A stretch of 34,137 nt of DNA, taken from positions 1 to 34,137 of the forward strand of contig JNEM01008148.1 in the NCBI GenBank assembly GCA_000697335.1. The letters are read 5' to 3'. This document shows, in pieces, positions 26,073 to 34,137 of this stretch; position 1 is the stretch's first letter, and every line of letters starts with the position of its first letter. Source of the DNA: Conidiobolus incongruus B7586 (taxonomy: Eukaryota). Under the pieces are notes generated by a model. That model saw nothing but the letters and a program-made list of their open reading frames with translations, was not told where the DNA came from and made no database searches. Position numbers and translations under genes: made by a program.

Positions 26073-29000
26073 AGAATTTGGAAAAATATGAGTGAAATGT
26101 GATTAATTAATAAGAATAAAATTTGAAAGGTTTAAGGTACTATATCTAATGTTATTATAAAGGTTACACATTTGACATTTAAGGTTCAATTTAATAAAAG
26201 TGGATAAAAAATAAATTATAAACTAATTTAAAAAAATTTTCAAATTAGGAAATTTTTCAAAATGATTACGAATTTAAAAAAAAATAAAAATTTTGAATAA
26301 ATTAAATATTAGTTGGTAAATTTTTGAGGTTATCTAAATTGTAAGAGTAAAATTTTATATATTAACAATTCTTTCTCATGGTAAGAAAATTTTCATAGAA
26401 ATTGATGAATGTGGTTCAATAATATCACAATTTTTGAATAATATGGAAATTCAAAATTTATTGGCTATCAATATAAACATATTGAATTAATGATAGATAT
26501 AATTTCAAATATGTTAATAAAAATACAACCACTGTATGAGTGTTGAATCATAATATAAAGTATTATACTATATAGCATTTAAAAATGAATTTTTCAAATT
26601 TTTAAATATTCAATGGTCAATAACTGGTAAAAAAATATTAGTCAGTTCTTAATATACTCTCAATATTGGATCCAATAATATACTATTTAATATACTAATA
26701 CATGGCTGATGCCATAAAAAATTTAATTTTTTAAAGTTAGTAGCCATCATATTTGGTAATTCACTATTTATTAAATATCTATTTTTAGAAAATATCAAAC
26801 AATTTGAAATATTAATTTCCAAAAATAATAATAAATTTAATTATCAAATTTTTAGTATTAAAATATTTTAAGTGATTGTTAAATTCTATATGAATTATTC
26901 AACTCGTCCAATATTATCAATTAAGGATCAATTTATAATTAATGATAATATTTTATTACCATGCTATTTTAAATTAATTAATTTCAAAAAATCTGATATT
27001 TTGGTTAAATCAATTTTTCAACATTGATTTTATAACTCACTAAAATTAAAATAATAATTGATTTGTATATCTTGAATACAATTTAATTATATATTTCAGT
27101 ATCGAACCAAATATTCAAATAAATTATTTGTTTTATTAAATCAATTATCATTGGAATTACTTGGTGTATAACTAATTTAATATTATATTCATATTTTTAT
27201 TTCCTAAAGTCACAAAAGCTAATGTTAGAACAAATTAAAAAGCTTGGATATATTGCTGATGTATAAAATCAAATGAAATTTATTATTTTTTTCAAATACA
27301 ATATCTCATTCTATAACATTTAAATTATCATTATTATTAACTATATATGTTATCATATCCAAAATGTTGCTGATGTTAATTCAACAAGTTTTAACACGGT
27401 TAATTTTTATTATTTTTTGATTGTTATATCAATTTTAGTAATTAGCGTTCAGAGTTATTTGAATTCATTAATTAATAATTTATTATTATAATAAAATTTA
27501 ATGAATAGTCATAGATTATAGATTATATACTATATACTATATTATTATAATCATACATTATCTATAATATTTTTTCCGAATATTCAATGACGAAATTTGA
27601 ATAAATGGAGAATATATTTTATCACAAGGACTTAAAAAAATATCTGGATGAATTGATAGTAGATTTAATATTTATTTTAAGACTATTCTGTTACATTAGT
27701 GGACTGACCATAGTTAATTGATAAAACGTTGGCGAATATGTTGGGTATTCAATTGCTATTTTTGCTATTTACTATAAATTGAGGCAATTTTCGATCCACT
27801 AAATATTGCATATTCAAAACGTGTGATCTATTGACCTCATTTGATTATTATGCATTCTCAAGGATGACAAATTGAATGTTGATTTAATGAGTTTTCTTGG
27901 GTTAACCAATGTGGGATATTTTAAAAAATCACTGCCATTACAAGTTTAATATTTCAAGTATGGAGTTTGAATGTATTAGGATTGAAGTCCGTGAAATATT
28001 TTATTTGTTTAAAAGCAACCTTACCTTTTTGGAATAGATTCGATTATTTTTGGATTTTGACATATTTACAATATAACTAATATTAAACACCGAAATTTAA
28101 AACTAAATATTATTAAAAAGTAAAAAATTTAGAAATATCAACTTAATCATGGATACAATGATGAATTATATTCTCAAATATATTTGAAAAAAGATTAATA
28201 TTTAATAATGTATTAGAAAATATAACCATAAATTATCAAAATATAATAGTTTTGATAATATAGTAATAAAATGAAAAAATTTATTAGATTAATTGTGTAT
28301 TCATTATTACAATAGAATCACTATTCACCTTTGAGAGTACTCAATTGTTAAATTACATATTAAAATTCTCTAAACATAATCACAAACTATAGTTTATGCA
28401 CTAATTATTCATTTATCGTCGATATATTATCAATAATTCATCATTATTCAAGTTATGATACTCAAAGCGCAATCTTATACACAATATTCTTGAATCTTTA
28501 AAGTGTGATTTTTCAATTGAGATGTTATCGGAATATGAAGAAGTGATCTCATTTAATAAGTATGATGATGATAAATTAATTTTAAGAGATAAATAAATTG
28601 TAAATTCTAGAATTTTTTATGCTATATTTAATGCGGAATTAGCTATTATAAATCTTTTGAGATTAATATTATAGTTTAAATAAAAACATTTTTGAAAGTA
28701 TTAAATCTCTTGAATAAATTATTAAATAATAATATGGCATTAATAATTCGAATAATATGATGTTTTAAATGCGTTCAATTTAGTTCAACTCATTAATATA
28801 TATATTAATTTGATACTTTGTCAACGATTAAAATATTATATTATTTTTTCCGGGTTATAAAATAATTTCAATTTTTCATGTTACAAAATATTTGACATGT
28901 TTTGGTTTAACTTAAATTAGACGCCATCATTTTGGGAATATAATCCGAAGCTTAGAATATATTAACTTTGATACTTGTTATAGCGTTTTAATGTGTATAT

Positions 29001-29200
29001 TTTTATCTTCAATTCTGCTTTGATTTGAATTTACTAAAAAACTAATTAATTAATAATGATTAACATATCAAAAAAAATATTATTTTAACTTTGATTTGTA
29101 ATTTCCTCTAAGTTGTCATAGTATTTTTGATTAAATTATTATATTTTGAATGTTTTAAATACTTAAATGTTTAGAATTTGTGCTAAATTAATAGATTTGT

Positions 29201-29508
29201 GATCATCCAACATTAGAAATAACTAATGAAATAGAAATCAAAGAATTCTTAAAATTAAAACGTTTATCTTTATACCATTCTAATCAATCTAACAAATTAC
29301 CTAAAAAAATTTCCAATTTTAATCAAAATCAAGGTAACTATTAATACAAGCCAAAAACTAACTCGATGAATACTCATTAATCAATCACAATCTAATTTCC
29401 AAGTTATCATATTTAGAAATTTTATCAATATCCAAGGGAATTTTGAAATTTTCCTGGGACCCAAGATGTGAGAAGGTGTGCCAAATTGGCAAATCATCAA
29501 TAATATAA
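29201..29508 (+). pseudogene. Possible leucine-rich-repeat gene fragment
   Basis: Two short open stretches, EFLKLKRLSLYHSNQSNKLPKKISNF and NLISKLSYLEILSISKG, with an LxxLxL pattern; a possible intron donor (aagGTAACT, ~29333) lies between them. No complete gene is visible. Confidence 0.3.
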
Positions 29509-29930
29509 ACCATTTCAATTGACCGATCAATACTCATGTGAATAATAACTTGGGTGTAACGGAGATGCAAATTGAGTTTATTTATGTAAATTTAGATGAA
29601 ATGTTTGAAAATTTGACCAATTGGTTAATGGTTAAACAATATTAGATAGAAGTGATTTTATCCATAGAGTTGTTGGGTATTTGGAAATCGTCCAATTTAC
29701 TACAAATATTGGGTTATGACTAGGAGATTGAAGAATATTTTAAAGCTCATCACATCAGTTTTTGAAAGATCTTTTTTTTGTTTTCGAAAATGTCACAAGT
29801 TTCACTTTGAACCGTAGTTCTTAATATCGTGTAACAAAACTTTCAATATGGCATTTTTTCCTCGACTTCAGAGCTATAAGTTGTACTACTGAATGCTAAA
29901 ATGCAAATGTCATATGCTAGAACTGAGGGG

Positions 29931-29938
29931 TATAAATA
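29931..29938 (+). promoter_or_regulatory. TATA box of paralog 6
   Basis: ggggTATAAATA, 85 nt from the ATG at 30023. Confidence 0.7.
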
Positions 29939-30022
29939 TCCTTGTTCATTGCCACTTTTCGAAATATTGTTTAAATATTTTTAGTTTATTTAAATTTATT
30001 TACCTTATTTTATTTGAGATTA

Positions 30023-30937
30023 ATGACCGATTCGGAATCTGGGCAGCATACTCTATACACTAAAATATTAAGTATAGTCAACTTATTTGTAGGTGTAGTA
30101 GGTTTACCCATAATACTCTTAATTTTAATAACAGCAAAATCCATATTAAAAAATAATTCCAATACAAATATTCGTTTAGTATTAATCGTACTATTAATTG
30201 ATCTTGCTACATGTTTAATGTTCATTATTGGCTCAATGATTACTCTGATAGATATTGATTTTCTTTTTCAATATCCTATATTTTGTAAATTATGTTACTT
30301 CTTCCTCGGAGGGCCTACATTCTGCTCGATTTGGTTCTTAGCATTGATCAGTTTTGAAAGGTATATGCATTTCGTTTGGGAAAAACGTTGGTCCAACTCC
30401 GTGTGGTATAGCATTATGATATTGTGTATGGCATTTTACACCGGTACAGGCATTTACAGCGCTTGGGCCGATTCGATTATCGTTGTGCCCCTTGGAACTT
30501 ATTGTTTCGTGTCACCAGAACGTCCTGAAGGTCAAATGATTATATTTGTCATTTGCTTTATGAACGTGCTATCCATTTTTACAGTGCTATTTTCATACAT
30601 ATCCATTGCTTTCATGACAATTAAAATGAAAAAGACAACTCATATTGTTGATCCCGAAAGCGGAAAAGCATTCCAAAGAACCTTGCAAGTTGCACTTATA
30701 AAAATCCTTGCTATTCTAGGATTTTATCTACTTACCAACTTTTTTGAGACATATTTAGAGGTCTATGAACTTGTTACCAAATTGTCAAGATCACCCACAG
30801 CCGATTTAGTTGCTGCATCTATGCAAAACTTTAATCCTTTGGTAAATTCTTTACTTTTGTTATTAATTAATAAGCAAGTGGGTAACAGGTTTTTGGAATG
30901 GTTTAATCATAAAGAATTTGAAATTATTGAAACATAA
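30023..30937 (+). CDS. Class A GPCR-like 7TM receptor, paralog 6 (304 aa, intronless, inverted orientation)
   Basis: LLID, FCK, SFERY, VWY, YCF, FSY, MQNFNPLVNS. The first ATG is at 30023 (MTDSE); the ORF track start at 30014 is a TTG. Confidence 0.92.
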   Translation: MTDSESGQHTLYTKILSIVNLFVGVVGLPIILLILITAKSILKNNSNTNIRLVLIVLLIDLATCLMFIIGSMITLIDIDFLFQYPIFCKLCYFFLGGPTFCSIWFLALISFERYMHFVWEKRWSNSVWYSIMILCMAFYTGTGIYSAWADSIIVVPLGTYCFVSPERPEGQMIIFVICFMNVLSIFTVLFSYISIAFMTIKMKKTTHIVDPESGKAFQRTLQVALIKILAILGFYLLTNFFETYLEVYELVTKLSRSPTADLVAASMQNFNPLVNSLLLLLINKQVGNRFLEWFNHKEFEIIET

Positions 30938-31443
30938 TAAATTTATTCATATTAAAAATACTAATAATTGTTAACAAATTTTTTTTCAAAATTCACAATC
31001 ATATATTATCTTCAATGAAAGGTAATCTATATTTATTTATTTTCATAGTATTAATCTATTAGGTATTGATTTGATACATAGTCAAATTATTCGCAAAATA
31101 TAATTTAATATTATTAAACAATATTTCAAATTCATTTCAGAATCGGTGTGTTTAAATACTTTAATTCAAAGTATATATATATTGAGTTTAGAATCTGGTT
31201 TATGGCAATAATCATCACATTTATATATTCACTGTTAATAAGAATTAATGATATATATATAATATGTGTAATTATTATTATGATTTAATATTGATTAGAA
31301 ATTTCAGGTGAAATATACATTTCTTAAAACTTCAAATTGATAATATATTAATTAATTTTGATAATAAAAACTGGTCAGAATGTGTAAAACTAGTTATATT
31401 AATTACGATAATATATTTTATTAAATTAATGCATCTAGTATTA

Positions 31444-32230
31444 TTATTTGTCAGTTTCTGTAACTTCAAGTTAAAGGTTTTCATTGGAAACATCTAACTG
31501 TTGAAATTTGTCAACAGCATTACTTTCGTCTTAAGTTTTATCAGGTTTTCAATGTCTTCACAAAATTTATTAGAATCCGAAAAGTTAGGAACGTCATTTT
31601 CGTTTTGTTAGGTTTTGTCAGATCCTTCACCAAAATGGATTTTCAATTACAACCCAAATGTTAAAATTATCATTGTTTTTGCCTACTTCCACTTTTGCTT
31701 TTTGAATTTTATCAATTTTTTCTATTTATTTTTCTCTTTCTCGTCAGCTATTTTTATAAAATCTTTTCAGGGACTTGAGTAATTTTACTATTCTAAGTGA
31801 ATTCGTAAGTAAGCTGAAGATGAATAATTTGATATATCCCTTATTGTGTTGGGGGTTTAAAATCGATATTGATACAATATTTCAGTATACTATAATTATC
31901 CAAGAAATTTTTGAAATTTTTGAAAGATGGTCCAAAACCTCCATAACGTTTCCTGCACACATATCTTTCAGATTCGTCCGCAAAGTCTCCTTTCTAACTT
32001 TTTCGAAGGATAACTTTATGCTTTAAGTTATTAATAATAGGCCTTAATGTAACAACCAAATTATCTTGAGGTAATCTGTCCTTAATACTATTGCATTCTG
32101 GGAATGGTGTGCTGATTATATTAGGGTCTTTTACCAGAAATTGGAGATCATTGTATACTTTAGGAGTAAAAGGCTTGGAGGTATAAATACTGAAGAGTAA
32201 TAAAATTATATTGATATTAATTATAATATT
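31444..32230 (-). pseudogene. Probable degraded gene of unknown family (signal-peptide-like start, charged C-terminal part)
   Basis: GC is higher than in the flanks. The frame of ORF 31994-32278 (NIILLLFSIYTSKPFTPKVYNDLQF...) continues past isolated stops as KGDFADESERYVCRKRYGGFGPSFKNFKNFLDNYSILKYCINIDFKPPTQ*GIYQ..., followed by frameshifted D/E/K/N-rich pieces with a repeated DKT* unit. Confidence 0.4.
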
Positions 32231-33090
32231 TTGATTTGATAATTTTGATTCAAAATACCATCTTTTATATGAATTCAATACAAAAATAAAATGTTAAATA
32301 CAATTTAGATTTTGTGCTAATTTCATGAATTTAAGTTAATATATGTACTTAAGTACTACTTGTTGACCTATATTCAAATATATTTAATTTAAACTTCTTA
32401 ATTTCAAAGTTTTTTTGAAGCAAAATTTAAACTTTATAAATTTAATTTTTATAAAATACCGATAAATTTTAATTTTAGTAATTTATTCCTAATTTGGCAT
32501 AATTTAATTCCAGATTATTGCTGTTAAAAATATTAATTAAAATATAATTTAAATTAGGTATTGAAGTTGAAAAATAAATAAACTATATAGTGTTAAGGGG
32601 GGAGAATTTAATGCTTGCATTATAATTAGATAAACTATAACATATATAATTCAGCTTATATTTTAAAAGCAAAATGATTATTTTTCTAATTAAACTAGTT
32701 TTATTTCAATGTTCAGTATTTAGTAATTCATTTATAAACAATAGTATATACTATCATTTTCGAAATCATGATTTCATATCCTTTATATAGACATTGTATA
32801 AAGTATAATATAATTTGTTATTCTGTTCAAACTCATATATATATAAAATTATCGATTTGATTTTAAAATATTTATTTTAATAATTTTTTTGAATATATAT
32901 ATGGTTTTAAAATTATTGCTTTATTTTTGATAGTTTATTTTGAACTATTAACATAAAAATATTTATATCAGAAAAAGATCCTTACAACTTTGAATAAATA
33001 TATATAGAATAATTATTAATTAATATATTAAAATTTAATATCTATTTAAAAAAATTTAAAATTAAATATATTATTTCATAATTTAAATAT

Positions 33091-34137
33091 TACTCTGTAT
33101 TTTTAATAATAAGAATTTTTTGCAATCAAAAATAAATAAATATTTTAATATATGATATAAAAAAAATATATAATATAAATTTAATAGTTTCTTTTATTAT
33201 TAATAGCTTTTTGCTATATTCTTAGCAAACTTCTAATACTTAATAAATAGTTTTTTTTATTAAGAACTAATATTTGATATTTTATAAACTAATTAAATTT
33301 TTTTTTAAAAATTTTCTTTCTTATAAGTTGGTTTTTTAATTACCTAAAACAATTATAATCATATAGGTTATAATCTAAAAAATATATTAGATGTGGTAAT
33401 TCTTTCTAGTTATTTTTAATTAGAAAGTTTTTTATAGCTTTAATTTATATATTTTATAATTATCATATAAAATAATAAATCTTTTTAAATTATATTAAAA
33501 ACATTAATTAAAAATACTTTAATTTAAAAATATAATATAAAGTTTACTATTAATTGATTTTCTTTCAGGAACTAAATAAAAATAGCATATATTATTATAA
33601 TTTATTATAATGATTAATATTTACTTATTATCAAAATATTTATTTAAAAGGATTTGTAAAAGGGGTTAATTTAACTTTATCTAACATTATGATTTATGTT
33701 TTAATAAAAGATTATATATAAAGATTTAAGATTCATCAATTGTAATTATTTACTATAAAAGTTTAAGCTTCTAGTAATATTTTAGTAAGTTTTATTTAGC
33801 AATAACTACTTTAACTTTTTTTAAGCTTTAGTTAAATTATAAGATACCTATTTTATATTTTTATTTATTAATTTGAGTTTAAACTTTAATATATATAAAA
33901 TACTTATAAAATTAATTTTAAAAATACTTAGATAATTCTCTAGTTAAAATAAAGAGGTGCTTTTTAATATATTTTTTCATTTTATTAACAATTAAAAAAA
34001 TAACAGTTAAAATTAGTTTTTTAAATATCAACAAGTTTTAAATAATTTTTCTCTTAATTTTAAAATAATTTACTTAGTAATAAATTATTAATTTAGATAA
34101 TACTTTATTATTAAAATTTTCTTGTAAATTTTAAATA
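33091..34137 (-). mobile_element. Hypermutated mariner (Tc1/mariner, DD34D) transposon relic; transposase pseudogene 33181->34137, truncated by the right window edge
   Basis: Minus-strand motifs occur in the correct order: NLQENFNNKVLSKLIIYY*VNYFK (HTH), *VSYNLTKA (WVPHEL, 33850), IITIDES*I (first D, 33737), IILYDN (second D, 33464), *KELPHLIYFLDYNLYDYNCF (WExLPHPPYSPDLAPxDY; third D, 33360), SIRSLLRI*QKAINNKRNY* (GIxxLPxRWQKVIxNxGxY). There are exactly 34 codons between the 2nd and 3rd D after correcting one 1-nt deletion. The putative TIR starts TA-CTCTGT at 33091 (tentative). Confidence 0.9.

Noticed and set aside
3464..30937. Receptors as opsins (light sensors)
   Set aside because: There is no lysine within TM7; the position equivalent to the retinal-binding Lys7.43 is Asn in all six by manual alignment.
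1..34137. CRISPR array, tRNA/rRNA genes, prokaryotic operon, or circular element joining the two ends
   Set aside because: No regularly spaced repeats or RNA-gene signatures were seen by eye, and the architecture is eukaryotic. The two terminal mariner pieces overlap in homology but differ, so they are not two halves of one element.

Overview
Very AT-rich eukaryotic DNA. It resembles an early-diverging fungus such as Conidiobolus (Entomophthoromycotina), but that is an inference from the style of the receptor family and is unverified. The window holds a tandem array of six intact, intronless, ~300-aa class A (rhodopsin-like) 7TM receptor paralogs: five on the minus strand and one inverted on the plus strand. 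A seventh, pseudogenised paralog at 22058-22952 is missed by the ORF track. The receptors keep D2.50, the TM3/ECL2 cysteines and an ERF/ERY motif, but lack GN, CWxP, NPxxY and the opsin lysine. All seven copies have a TATA(-like) box 67-85 nt before the true ATG. The four left-hand genes also share an upstream CCAAT/GGCGCA module (partly eroded) and an out-of-frame ATG exactly 7 nt before the start codon. Both window ends lie in related mariner transposon relics (the right one shows the DD34D triad) destroyed by dense C>T/G>A transitions resembling RIP, while the receptor paralogs are spared. A few further degraded gene relics are only weakly supported.
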